DNA of 64,000 bases from Octopus sinensis (Eukaryota). The position numbers and the translations under genes are program-made. Below are positions 48,370 to 61,600 of this stretch, in pieces. Position 1 is the stretch's first letter, and each line of letters opens with the position of its first letter. The notes under the pieces were generated by a model. It ran no database searches, was not told the DNA's origin, and saw only the letters and a program-made list of their open reading frames with translations. The stretch is taken from NCBI RefSeq assembly GCF_006345805.1, contig NC_043004.1:95914001-95978000 (forward strand), read 5' to 3'.

Positions 48370-49309
48370 TCCCTTCATTTTTTATATTTTGTTTTTATTT
48401 TCCCCTCTTTGTTACTGTTTAGTGTTGTAGACATGTGCAAAGAAGACATACATAGATAGTCCAGTCATTGAAATCCAGAGCAACCAGCAGCAGCATTTTA
48501 ACATCCTTTTATAATATTGGTTTTTATAATAAAGCTAAGATCAAATCTCTTTGTCTGTCAGATTACATTGTGTCCCCATGGTTTCACAGTAATTCACTGT
48601 CAGAAAGGTTTACAGTTAGAGTCATTAGATGAAATAATAGTCACTATGCAGTGATTGCTGCATATGTGGCCATGAAAGTGTTAATTCATTATCAACAAGA
48701 TTTACAGTCGAACTAATCATTACGCTGTACTGTCAGTCATTGTGGACAGGGAAAAAGTGTAACACATTACTACTAGTATTTATAGCTTGAAAAATTGCAT
48801 GTAGTAATCACATCAAAGCACTGCCCTTGGGTGTCTTTAGCAGAGTCCAATAAATTGCGAGTAATGTGAGGAAAAGTTTTTCTCTTTCGCTTACCAGTCG
48901 CAGAGGCATTGAAAAAAAAAAAACAGGTCATAGATGCTGTCCTTTTCCTCTTTAACAAGGATTTCTTTTTTCTTTTTCTTTTTTTTTTACAAAAAAGAAA
49001 AAGAAAAAAGAAAAGAAAACAAGTAATTGGTATGGATTTTTCAAATAGAATTATTATAAATCCAACATGATTTTTCAAATAGTATAGTATAGTTATATTT
49101 AGTATTAGCAGTAGATACATAAATTTGCCAACATGTTTAGGCAATGAAAGGAGAACCTGTTCGAAATATGAATTACATATAGAATGGTTTTATGGGCATG
49201 TGTATATTAGCATCATCAGCATCATCAGCATCATCAACATCATATAGTGTTCATTTTTCATGCTGGTACACACAGACACACACACACACACACACACACA
49301 CACATCTAT

Positions 49310-49417
49310 AACTGCTACTCGGAGTTTCTCATTCCTTTTCATCGAATGTTAAGATCAAGACAATATTCTTGATCACAACTGCCTGACGAATGGGAATGTG
49401 AAACTCTGAGTAGAACT
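49310..49417. ncRNA. Inverted pair of minimal hammerhead-like motifs
   Basis: Plus: AACTGC CTGACGA ATGGGAATGT GAAA CTCTGAG TA. Minus: TCGATGA AAAGGAATGA GAAA CTCCGAG TA GCAGTT. Central GATCAAGA/TCTTGATC hairpin. Confidence 0.5.
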
Positions 49418-49454
49418 TTTTGTGACGGTTTTGCTGCTTTAATAAAAAAGTACA

Positions 49455-49740
49455 TTACTCTACTTTCAGTATTTGGGTGCTTACTCGTGTGTCGGTGGCA
49501 CATAAAAAGCACCAACTGATCGTGGCCGTTGCCAGCCTCCTATGGTCCCTGTGCCAGTGGCACATATAAAGCACCCCTACACTCTCGGAGTGGTTGGTGT
49601 TAGGAAGGGCATCCAGCTGTAGAAACACTCCCAGATCAGACTGGAGCCTGGTGCAGTCTCCTGGCTTCCCAGACCCTGGTCGAACCGTCCAACCCATGCT
49701 AGCATGGAAAATGGATGTGAAACAATGATGATGATGATAT
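49455..49740 (+). mobile_element. RTE 3' tail
   Basis: ..GGAAGGGCATCCAGC..CCCATGCTAGCATGGAAAA..(GAT)n. Confidence 0.85.
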
Positions 49741-50179
49741 ATATAACAAACAAAGGAAAAACCAATTCCTTCGGAGGGGTACAAAACAGCCAATTCAATG
49801 GTACAGCAGTTGAATACCTCAGAAATAGCGATATGAATACAAATTTCAAATAATAAATAAAATAGAGACAATCTAACAATTTATTACATGTAACATAATA
49901 TAATGTACTATAAAATATAATATAATATAAGATAACATAACCAATTTTAAAAATATATATATATATAAAGCCAACAATTTGTTTCACCTTATATACATAA
50001 CTTGATTTATAAACAATTCATATCTGTGTGGACAAGAGTTATGGAATGGAGTATCGCACACCTGATAACCCTGGTTTTCTACCATGGAATATAAAAAGAA
50101 CTTTTGTCAGCTTATTGTTCTTTGATATGGAAAAATCCACAACCTTTCATCCCAATAAACCACTATTGTCCTTGAAAGT

Positions 50180-50915
50180 TGTTTCATCATCATCATCATT
50201 TAACGTCTGTTTTCCATGCTAGCATGGGTTGGACGATTCGACCGGGGTCTGGGAAGCCAGGAGGCTGCACCAGGCTCCAGTCTTATCTGGCAGTGTTTCT
50301 ATAGCTGGATGCCTTTCCTAACACCAACCACTCTGTGAGTGTAGTAGGTGCTTTTTATGTGCCACCGGCACAGGTGCCAAGGAAAGCTGGCAATGGCCAC
50401 GATCGGTTGGTGCTTTTTATGTGCCACTGGCATGGAAGCCAGTCAAGGCGGCACTGGCACCGGCCATGTACAGATGGTGCTTTTTAGGTGCCACTAGCAC
50501 AGGTACCAGGGTAGGCTGGCAATGGCCATGATCGGTTGGTGCTTTTTACATGCCACTGGCACGGAAGCCAGTCAAGGCAGCACTGGCATCGGCCAGGTAC
50601 GGATGGTGCATTTTCCGTGCCACCAGCACAGATATCACAGCTACAATTTCCATTTGATTTTTTGATGTTGATGATGTACTTGACTCAATAGGTCTCCTCA
50701 AGCACAGCAGCAGCAGGTCACCCTATGATCCGAGGTAACTACAGCTGGCTGTCCTGGGATCCAAGGCACTTTGGAAGAGCTGGGGCTTCTATGTGAAGCT
50801 GGTGCAGGAAGCAGCCATGAACTCACGTTATTTGTCTGGTCTTCGCAGTCACAGCATATCTCCAGAGGTCTCAGTCTTTCGTCATTGCCTCTGTGAGACC
50901 CAACGTTATGGATTG
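50180..50915 (-). mobile_element. 5'-truncated RTE including the last ORF codons
   Basis: Minus frame TLGLTEAMTKD*DLWRYAVTAKTRQIT*, then a repeat-rich 3' UTR and the (GAT)n tail. Confidence 0.8.
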
Positions 50916-50959
50916 CTTGAAGATAACTTTCTACCTATAACACGATCCCTGGATCTTAC

Positions 50960-51007
<48 letters not shown>

Positions 51008-51024
51008 GTATGTATATATATGTA

Positions 51025-51425
51025 TATAGGCACAGGAGTGGCTTTGTGGTAAATAGCTTGCTTACCAACCATATGCTTCTGGGTTCAGTCCCACTGTGTG
51101 ACAACTTGGGCAAGTGTCTTCTATTATAGCCTCAGGCTGACCAAAGCCTCGTGAGTGGATTTGGTAGATGGAAACTGAAAGAAGCCCATCGTATATATAT
51201 ATACATATATATATGTATGTTTGTGTGTCTGTGTTTGTCCCCCCCACCATCATTGCTTGACAACCAATGTCAGTGTCCTTACATCCCTGTAACTTAGCGG
51301 TTCAGCGAAAGAGACCAATAGAATAAGCACTAGGCTTACAACAAATAAGTCCTGGGATTGATTTGGTCAACTAGAGGCAGTGCTCCAGCATGGCAGCAGT
51401 CAAATGACTGTAACAAGTTAAAAAA
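51025..51425 (+). mobile_element. SINE family B
   Basis: Near full-length, diverged. Confidence 0.8.
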
Positions 51426-51445
51426 TAGAAGAACATATGTATATA

Positions 51446-51478
<33 letters not shown>

Positions 51479-51514
51479 CTCTCTCTATATATATATACAT
51501 ATATATATATATAT

Positions 51515-51545
<31 letters not shown>

Positions 51546-52152
51546 GTTATATATACACATACACTTACACAAGTGGGTGGACAAATAAAAGAAAATGGCA
51601 CATAACACAGCTAGTAGGAGTTATATGCATTATTTACAATAGTTTGATTTGATTCCATGTAAGGAGGCCTTTACCAGAAACCTGTCTCTTTCAGGATTAT
51701 GTTACTAAGCATTTTGTTTGGTGCTGTAGCAATTCTGCTAGCTTGCTGTCTTTATATATACAAACATATTAGTATCATCATCATCATCGTCATCGTTTAA
51801 CATCTGCTTTCCATGCTGGCATGAGTTGGACGGTTTGACTGAAGACTGGCAAGCCAGGAGGCTGCACCAGGCTCCAATCTGATCTGGCAAGGTTTCTACA
51901 GCTGGGTGTCTTTCTTAACAGAACAAAATTTCAAGCAAGATTTAAAGCTGTTCCCTCCATTTCTATATGTTCTCTAATAGGCAGCATTAACTGCAGTAAA
52001 TTATTTACTGCAGATTTTGTTTCTGGAATTTTAGCACGCCAGAACTCAGACATTTGAAATTAATCCCAATGTAATCGGAGAAGCTAAGCACGTGTCTGTT
52101 TTTTATACGGAAAACTGGTGGTTAGTTTTACAAATTCTATTACCTGTGGAAC

Positions 52153-52230
52153 GATCGTACTGACGAGCCCTACGGACGAGGATTACATAAGTGATTCATT
52201 CGGTAATAGGCGAAACCTAGGTCTGCGATT
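52153..52230 (+). ncRNA. Type I hammerhead ribozyme, best-conserved copy
   Basis: GATCGTA CTGACGA GCC..GGC GAAA CCTAGG TC TGCGATT: 7-bp helix I (2 G-U), canonical core, ACCTAGGT palindrome, GUC triplet. Confidence 0.85.
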
Positions 52231-53094
52231 AATTCTTGTTTTTTTTTATATAATTTCCATTTGTCTTGCCCGCATATTGTTCTGGTGTCCGCTGAATTTT
52301 TCTCTAGAGAACATTCTTTTCTTTGTAGTTTGATCGCAGGTGATCTACTTCTAGCATATGGCTGACCACATAGTGGTCTTTTAGCCCTTTAAATATATAC
52401 ACATAGACATATTGTATATAAATACGTACAATGTTGGCTTATAAATCTATAGATATTTTCTATAGTATTTAACAGTAATAAAATGAAACACAGTAACACT
52501 GTTTAATTTCATAGAATAACTATTATATAGTAGTCATTAGCAAATCCATAGTAGTGCTATCAATAGCAGAAGTTATTGATCAATTTTGCTATCAGTCTGT
52601 CTCAGTGGATATATGTTTTAGATAGAATTTTTAGACACTATTGAAGATAGCAGGAATCGAACACCGATTTTGGTAGTCGTGCTTGCCTGTGCACTGCGAA
52701 TTCTCCAACAAACTCAAACTTCACCCTTTGATGAATAGAACAAAGGAAAGCTAACCTCAGACATCATTTTCGGACCACATATCCTGAACCGTTGAACTAT
52801 TATCTTCTCTTTAATATCTGGTTTTTAATAAAAGCCAGGAGATAACAACAATTCTGTATTCAGTTGCATTGATAAAGACTACCTGCTCACTGGAGGAACT
52901 TTGTTTCTGTTCAGCATAAAATAAAGTGGCTGTAATTTGTTATATGCATGCATGTATGTATGTATGTACGTATGTGTATATGCATGTACATACATACACA
53001 CAAACAAAAACACACACACACACACACACATATGTATGCATATCTCTATACATATGTCTATGCATGTATAGATGCAAGTAGTGTGTGAGTTTGG

Positions 53095-53098
53095 GTGC

Positions 53099-53130
<32 letters not shown>

Positions 53131-53141
53131 GTATATATATG

Positions 53142-53176
<35 letters not shown>

Positions 53177-53222
53177 GTATATATATATATATTGTATATA
53201 TATGTATATATATTATATAATA

Positions 53223-53255
<33 letters not shown>

Positions 53256-53307
53256 TATATATATATATATATATATACATACACATATATATAATATATA
53301 TACATAT

Positions 53308-53355
<48 letters not shown>

Positions 53356-53403
53356 GTATATATATATAATATATATATGTATATATATATATATATATTA
53401 TAT

Positions 53404-53465
<62 letters not shown>

Positions 53466-53480
53466 CACATATATATAACA
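53095..53480. repeat. Long interrupted (TA)n microsatellite (similar tracts at ~29990-30240, ~57640-57850, ~63060-63270)
   Basis: Direct inspection. Confidence 0.95.
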
Positions 53481-54314
53481 CACATACACACATATTTAAT
53501 AGAATTTTGCAGAAATCCTGTGTGAAATGAACTTATTTTTGCCTCACTGATTAATAAATCAAACATGACAGATGAGTTTACCAAATTGATATTAGATATG
53601 GAAATTATATATATAAAGCCAATTTGAGATTTGTTTCATTGATTGCTGATTTCGTTAAATCTGCTCGCCTTTCTTATGCAATTATGAATAATTTTAATAA
53701 AGTTCTTGATGATAAATTGCAGAAAGTTGTGGCAGATCTATTCATTCATGTGTTTCATTATGAAAGCATATCATATTCTATTTCAAGTTAAGCTTATATA
53801 ACAGTTCTCTGTTTTGGGGCAATATTAGTAATGAGAGGATGAAGAATAATTATATTTGATTTATAATCGAGTGGTAATCTCTTGGTAAGTTAACCATATA
53901 ACGAAATTTTAAAAGCAAGACAATTTCATTTACAATAAGGAGAGTTCAGGTGTCATTGTACCCTACTTCAGTTGAGCATTCCTAATCTTGTGAGCTCTTA
54001 GGTGCTGGTAACATGTAAAAAGTACCCATACTGGTGCAATTTAAAAGCATCCCTGTACACTCTGTAAAGTGGTTGGTATTAGGACGATGTATAAACCTTG
54101 CCAAAACAGATGTGGAGCCTTATGAGCCCTTCAGCTGGTCAGCTGTTGTTAAACTGTCCAACTCATGCCAGCATAGAAAATGAACATTAAATGATGAAGA
54201 TGATGAAGAAGAGAGGCAAGTTTTGATGAGGTACCAAAATCTAATTTATTTGACAAACTTTTTTTTATCCCATTTTCTTAGAAATTGAATAATTAATTTG
54301 AGAATTTATCTACA

Positions 54315-54542
54315 TTTTAACCATTTAGTATTTAAACCGGCCATATTCGGCTGAAATATTCTACCTATTTTGTGTTCAAACCAGCTTGATCTGGTCTCTC
54401 ATACCTAACCTACTATATCAGCTAAATGTATACAATCACATCATTGAAATCTCGAAGCTGTGAGATAGTACCTGATTAATTCAAAACAATGTGAATAAAT
54501 ATGCATTACATTTGGAGACTAATTTGAATGCTAAAGAGTTAA
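54315..54542 (-). mobile_element. TTAA MITE, family CCCTTTAGCATT
   Basis: TTAA CCATTTAGTATTTAAACCGGCC..TTTGAATGCTAAAGAG TTAA. Confidence 0.75.
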
Positions 54543-54950
54543 ACGCATTGCCAAGCAAAATATTTTCATCAAGATTACAATTTAAATAGGGAGATTCTGT
54601 TATAAGGAAACAAAAACATGAATGATGATATACCAATATCCAATATAATTTCATTACATTAGTTATCATTTTCTTTAATAATTTCCATGAAAATTTATCT
54701 TAGCAAACACTACTTCCAACAAATAACTAGGAGATACTTGATGAATGGGATAATATACCACTGCATAAAATTTTCTCCTGTTTGATGAAAATAATTTGCT
54801 GCTGATTCCAACCCTGACTAGTTTCTTTGTTTTCTGTTTTGCTTCTTTTTTGTTTGGTCAGGCTGGTTTTTATGGAATGTAATGTTACACTTGCTCCATA
54901 TTTTGTAATAATGCAAAAATAGAAAAAACGCCTAGTATTTTAATTCAGTA

Positions 54951-55454
54951 CTGTAAATCCTCGAGTATAGTCCGCCCTTGAGTATAATACGCAGGGGATT
55001 TTTAGGGGGCTGTACCTCTGAAAAATGGTGTATAATACACACTCCTTCTCTAACTTGAGTCAAGGAGGGCTATATAACGTCCTTGGTTTGTAAAAATGTA
55101 TACGGTAACGTCTTTTATTATTATTGTACATATAACATTATGCAAGCGTGTAGCTTTTTTGTGCATTTTGTTTGCTGAAAATAAAGAAATAACAGTAATA
55201 ACGTTTAATAAATGTTGCTTACTGCAAGTTATGGATGATTCTTTTACAACTTCATTGCTTTCAGGCTTAGTCTAAGGTATTTTTGCGTCCGACATCAGAA
55301 AATGTGTCTGAATAAACATTGCCGGACAGCAAATAGAGACTCAGACATTGCTTAGAAAATAATTTTCATTTTTTAACCTCGTATATAGTATGCACAAGGG
55401 ATTTTGACCTTTAAATTTTGGGAAAAAATGCGGATTATACTCGAGGATTTATGG
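54951..55454. mobile_element. Non-autonomous pogo/Tc2-like DNA transposon with TA TSD
   Basis: TA CTGTAAATCCTCGAGTATAGTCCGC..GCGGATTATACTCGAGGATTTATGG TA. Confidence 0.85.
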
Positions 55455-56444
55455 TATGTGCCTTTTTTTAAGTACGCACATGAAAAGGCACTGGTGCTAG
55501 TGTCACATAAAAAGCACCCAGTACACTCTGGAAAGTGGTTGGTGTTAGAGAGGGCATCCAACTGTAGAAATCATGCCAAAACAGGAAATGGAGCCTAGTG
55601 TAGCTCCTGGCTTTGCCAACTCCTGTCAAACTGTCCAACCCATGCCAGCATGGAAAACAGACATTAAATGATGATGATGATGATGATGATGATGATATTA
55701 AACCTTGGCACATAGTGAATCTTGTTCCTGCTCATTGAAAATGCAAGGCTCTGTTAATACATTAATCTTAGCAATGTTCTGAAAACGTGTTTAAGATGTC
55801 TTCACAACATCCTATAAAGGTGGCCCTATTGCCCAGGTTAAGAACCACAGCAAGAAAGCAGCATTTATTTTGCAGCACACACACACACACACATGCACAC
55901 GTGCGTGCGTGCCCACACACACACAGAGATAGATAGCTGAATAGGAGTTCAAGTGTGATAGTCATCAGCTTTGCCTTTTATCCTTCAAGACTGGAATAAA
56001 AAATATACCAGTCAAGTATTGGAACTAATCCAAGGCATTCTTGGAGATGAACAGAATTATAGGAATTAAAAAACACTCATTTTCTTTATTTTTATCCTTT
56101 GCTGATGTAATTCCAGCTAAGATAAAAATGGTGCCTTACTTTACCTGTCTTGCTCTTGAGAATGTTAGCCTTGTTCAGAATGTTAGTCTTCAGTGGGGAA
56201 TCATCATTTATTGTCCATTTTCCATGCTGACATGGGTTGGATGATTTGACTGGAGCTGATAAAGGCTGGAGGCCACAACAAGTTCCATTGTCAATTTTGC
56301 ATGGTTTCTATGGCTGGAGGATTTCCTAATGTCAACCGCTTTACCGGGGGCTTTTTATGTGGCATCCACAACAGTACTTATGATGTAGTACCAATGTGAG
56401 TGCATTTTATGTGGCACTAGAACCAATGTTTTTAATCATTTATA

Positions 56445-56665
56445 ATAATAATAATAATGAAATTATTGTATACAGTGCTCAGGTGCACCACAACTTGTCA
56501 GAAAGTGCATATAAAGTATATGCAGTAATGTAAAAATGTCTGGAAAGCAAACAATGTATGAGTCAGATACATGCTTGTGTGTGTATGGAGGGGAGAAAAT
56601 CAGGTGTAGTGTTGGCGAATCTCAGAAAGCATGGAAGTTTTGAAGGATGCAGTGCTCCGACAATG
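56445..56665 (-). mobile_element. CR1-type LINE 3' end
   Basis: Same family as 32415-32750. Confidence 0.75.
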
Positions 56666-56759
56666 TGACACTGGCACGAGTAATTTCAACAGTTTAGTTT
56701 CAATTTTAAATATTTTGCAGTAATTTTATTTGCATGCATAAGATGATTTGTTTATTTGA

Positions 56760-57350
56760 ACAATTTCACCTATTGGGGGTCTAAGAATTGGTAAATTACA
56801 AGGTAACATCATATCAATTTACAAAGAATTACGATATGGTGCAGCTTACCATGGGAGGGATTAGTTGTACCATTCTTTTTTTTTTGTGTTACCAATCATT
56901 TAAGAGGACTTTGAAGATGTGGATTTCTGGTATGATGGGGTATCCCTGTATTACCATAGTAATATAAGACCTACCTTGAGGAGATTTTGTCAAACAGGTG
57001 AATTGGATGAAGAGGTTCGGTAGAATATTTTATATATTCACCAGATCGTACACCACTAGACGTTTTTTTCTGGGAATACATAGTTAAACAAAGTTGGCAC
57101 TACAAAACTGACAACTTTTGAAGAATGCACACACATATAGACAGAAATGTTTCTTGATGTTTGTAATTCTATTGTTTTGTATTATTAGCAGTACCAAGAC
57201 CAGAATGGTCATCAGTTTGAAAACAGGCATTCATAACAATATTAGAGTTTGTGGGTGGATTCTATAAACATTTTGAAAACGAAATACCTTTTAAAAGGCT
57301 GATTTTATAATTATTAAGTGTATGCACACTTACGCTGGGACACCCTGTAC
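56760..57350 (+). mobile_element. Decayed Tc1/mariner-superfamily transposase 3' part
   Basis: SPDRTPLDVFFWEYI (compare SPDLTPLDFFLWG) and QNGHQFE; terminus ..GGACACCCTGTA. Confidence 0.65.
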
Positions 57351-57691
57351 ACACACACATGCACACACACACACACACTCATGCACTCACACATGCACAC
57401 ACACACATACCAAAATGCTCAATATAAGGACACTTTCAAAAGCAATATAAAAATAACATTACAGAGCGAAATATTTGAATATAAGAAATATAAACAATGC
57501 ACATTCAGGCTATTTGCTTTGTTTCGGTTTCTGCATTACACATACATGCCTACATACCATCTTCCACCATCTCAACAAACCTCACACGCACACATATGTA
57601 AACAGACACACATACATACACACACACACACACATATATATATATATCACACCACACATATATATATATACATACATACATACATACATAC

Positions 57692-57729
<38 letters not shown>

Positions 57730-57776
57730 CATACATATACATATATATATACATATATATATATATACATACATAT

Positions 57777-57812
<36 letters not shown>

Positions 57813-57816
57813 CTAT

Positions 57817-57850
<34 letters not shown>

Positions 57851-58544
57851 CGTATATAAAAACACGCATGCACATATGCATATGTACACACAGACTTAAA
57901 TATTCTATCAATAATTTCTGCTCTGGCAGTATGTTAGTTAACCCAATCAAGTTCACAGCTGCTACCAACACTTGCAGTGGCTGTTAGAAATGACAAACAA
58001 TTCTCAATGAATGAGAGAAATCTTTCAAGTCTACAGATTGTGGCATTATGCAAGAGGGTTGCTACATGTAACTATTCCAATTATAAATTGAATATACTGC
58101 CATAGATGAATGTAAATACAATTGTATAACATTATTCAGTGTTCTGCAGAGACTATAGATCTTTGTTTTCAATAGTGGATATCTGAATATAATGCAATTA
58201 ATAACTAATGAACAAATGACAGAAATGGCTTTTTCAGAAATTAGACAAAAGGACAAAAGAAAGCATTTGTAAATATTGACAATAATAGATGTGAATATGT
58301 GAATGCAAAAGCCTCACTGCCAGCTGAATTGTTGGTCTTCAAATGGTTAAGAGCAGTAGTTATCATGATAAGAAGTGACAAAAGTTTGTTGTTAACTATA
58401 AACTAAACAAGAAATGATAAATAGCTACGAATCTGACATTTACTCAATGATGACATCCTGGAATTTTGCATGCCAATACGAAGAGTACATCACAAACTGT
58501 AGTCTTCTGAGGATCCACGAACTGTAGCCTTCTGTTTGATCCTA

Positions 58545-59125
58545 TTAACTTCACCCAACATATATAGCAGCCATATTCCTACCGCTCTATGTCACGCTGG
58601 TGAGACCCATATTGGAGTACAGGATTCAAGCCTCTTCTTATCTCCTCAAAGACATACAGCATCTTGAAAGAGTCCAGAAGCTGGCTACCCGCATGGTTCT
58701 TGGTCTCAAGAATTTGTCTTATGAAGAAAGGCTGAAGACGCTCGACCTTTATTCTCTAGAAAAACGCAGACGCCGTGGTGATCTCATTCTCGCTCACAAC
58801 ATCATAAGCGGAAAGTGTAACCTCTCGAAAGAGCTGTTCTTCACTCCTGCTCCAGAGTGTCGGCTGTGGGGTCACTCCGAAAAGCTCTATCTGCGACGAT
58901 TTCATCTCAATTGAAGGAGAGGGGCTTTCTCAGTCCAGGTTGCGGATCTGTGGAATAACCTGCCGGATGAGATGGTGAAGATGCCGACGACTGCTCGGTT
59001 CAAAGTCTCCCTTAACCACAAGTGGCCTGAACTCTTTACATGAACACCACCCTGTACATAACTCCATGTCCCCCTACATGGCCTTGCTTTTGCTTTTTGA
59101 GCCAAAAAATTAACTAACTAACTAA
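58545..59125 (+). mobile_element. CR1-clade LINE 3' fragment with (TAAC)n tail
   Basis: LYVTLVRPILEY..LERVQKLATRMV..LSYEERLKTLDLYSLEKRRRRGDLI..; premature TGA at 58912, continuing LWNNLP..FT*. Confidence 0.9.
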
Positions 59126-60085
59126 CATATCTAGCTTAGGTAAAGGTGATGAGCTGGTAGAGACGTTAGACTGTTGGGCAAAGTGTTTAGCGGCATTTCG
59201 TCCATCTTTCTGTTCTGAGTTCAAATGCTGCTGGGGTCAACTTTGCCTTTCAAATAAGTACCAGTTGAACACTGGGGTCGATGAAATTGACTTATTCAGT
59301 TCCTGGACATTTCTGGCTTTCTGGCAAAATTTGAAACCAATATCTACAATTTGAAAACCAATATCCCATGCCAGTGACACCCATGTCGGTGACACTTGTG
59401 CTGGTGACACCTGTGCCACTGACCCCGTGCCAGTGACATATAAATGCACCCATGCCAGAGACACATAAAAGGCACTCACAACATTCTGTCAAGTGGTTGG
59501 CATTAGAAAGGGCATCCAGCCATGGAAACCAACCCAAAATCAGACTGGAACCTGGTACAGCTCTCTGACTTACCAGTTCCAGTCAAATCATCTAACCCAT
59601 GCCAGCATGGAAAGTGGATGGTGAATGATGATCTAGGGCAGATAATATCTAGGTTATTAAAAAGGGTAGGATGTGGATATCATAGATCTTTATCTGGTGC
59701 AAACCACAATTTATTGAACTTTATAATTTCAGCAGAAATTTTTGTCGTAGATTATTAAGTTTCCTGTTTCTGAAGCAGACACTGTTTCATATCAGCAGGA
59801 GTAATGGATTGGAAGAATTATTAACGATTAGGAGAAAATGCATTATGGTAATTCCTCCAGCTCTTTATGTTCTGAATTTAAATTCTGAGGTCATCTTTGC
59901 CACTTTTAGAGTTGATGAAATAAAGTTACAGTCAAATACCAGGACTAGTTTAAATGACAAACTTCCTCCTTTCAAGGATTGAGGGTCGATATAACTGACT
60001 AGCTCCTCTCCCCCAAATTTCAGGTCTTGTACTAAATTTAGAATCCATTATTACTATTATTGTTTTTGTTGTTGTTGTTATTATG

Positions 60086-60127
<42 letters not shown>

Positions 60128-60302
60128 TATGGGTTTTTCTTCTTCTTTCAAATTTGCTTCCATTTCTTGCCGAGTGTCTTCCTGACTCCTAGGGCAAAGA
60201 AACACATAGTATACATTGGTAGGCCATTAAACTAAACTCACTAGTTCGTTCCTTTTTTTTTTTTGATAGAAATAAAGTTAAATTAAAATACATGGGTAGT
60301 AA

Positions 60303-60360
<58 letters not shown>

Positions 60361-60910
60361 GAGTGAGAGAGCAGTACATGCCATCAAAGTGACACTGGGG
60401 TTAAATATACGAAGCCCATCATGACTACCCGTCTGATAAGGGTACACTAGGCACATGTATCACAACCATATATGTGTGACATGGTGATTTCGTATCAAGA
60501 TAAACAGGCACATGACCTTGTAGGTGGTGCCCAGTTAGAATTTTCTTCTGGTTGAGTAACCCATCCCACTCAAGAGGTCCCTGAATAAGGGTTGTTTAAG
60601 GATGTTGAAAGAACCACCCATGTTTCCAGAGGTGAACTATTCAAACCCCAAAGAATCCCTCTCAACACATGGTTATGATGCTCCCCCACTACTTCTGCTC
60701 ATGATCAGAGATGCACATATCGTTCGTCAGCCACTAAGGGACATGCTCAACTGGTTAAGGTAAAACAACTGACAAGCAAATCTGTGGTATTGAGCAGAAT
60801 ATTTGCTGTAGCCCATCTTTTATACCAAGACAAAACAATGTACATGATAACACTTCCAATCAGTTAAGATCAGAAGACATGAGAGCCACTGGCTGGAAAT
60901 TCATCAGGGC
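60361..60910. mobile_element. ~550-bp non-coding interspersed element embedded in (ATT)n, copy 1
   Basis: GAGTGAGAGAGCAG..CATCAGGGC; homologous to 61601-62157. Confidence 0.8.
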
Positions 60911-60983
60911 AATCATCATTATTATTATTATTATTATTATTGTTATTATTATTATTATGATTATGATTATTATTATGATTATG

Positions 60984-61021
<38 letters not shown>

Positions 61022-61600
61022 GTTACTTCTCAGAGATCTTGGTCTTACTTGCTCTGGTTGATTCAGTGAGGGTAGACAGCAGCCTATTGTCAGAAGTCTC
61101 ACAGGGCCTCTTTCCACAGGGCTTTGCTACTAGGATGTCAACTTATCATGGTAAACCCTCAACACTGAAGCACCAATCTCAAAATCTTAGGTGTTTTCAG
61201 TGATGCAGTTTTTTGTTCTTTCTCTAACTTCATGTCAGTTACAATTTCTCCAATATACTTCTCTAGCCTGATGTTATTATTATTTTGTCCAACCAATGCC
61301 AGTATGAAAGGTGGATGTTAAATGATGATAATGATTATTATTATTGTTGTTGTTGTTGTTGCTGCTGCTGTTGTTATTAAGGGGATGAGCTGGCAGAACC
61401 CTTAACATGCTGGGCAAAATGCTTAGCAGTATTTCGTCTATCTTTACGGTTGACCTCAAATACTGCCAAGGTCAACTTAGCTTTTCATCTTTTGGGAGTC
61501 GATGAAATAGGTACCAGTTACACACTGGGGTCGATGTAACTGACTTATTTCCTCCCTCAAAATTTCAGGTCTTGTGCCTAAAGTTGAAAGGATTATTATT

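Noticed and set aside
52645-52730. Apparent exon DTIEDSRNRTPILVVVLACAL
   Set aside because: It overlaps GGAATCGAAC, the reverse of a B box, so a decayed SINE head is more likely.
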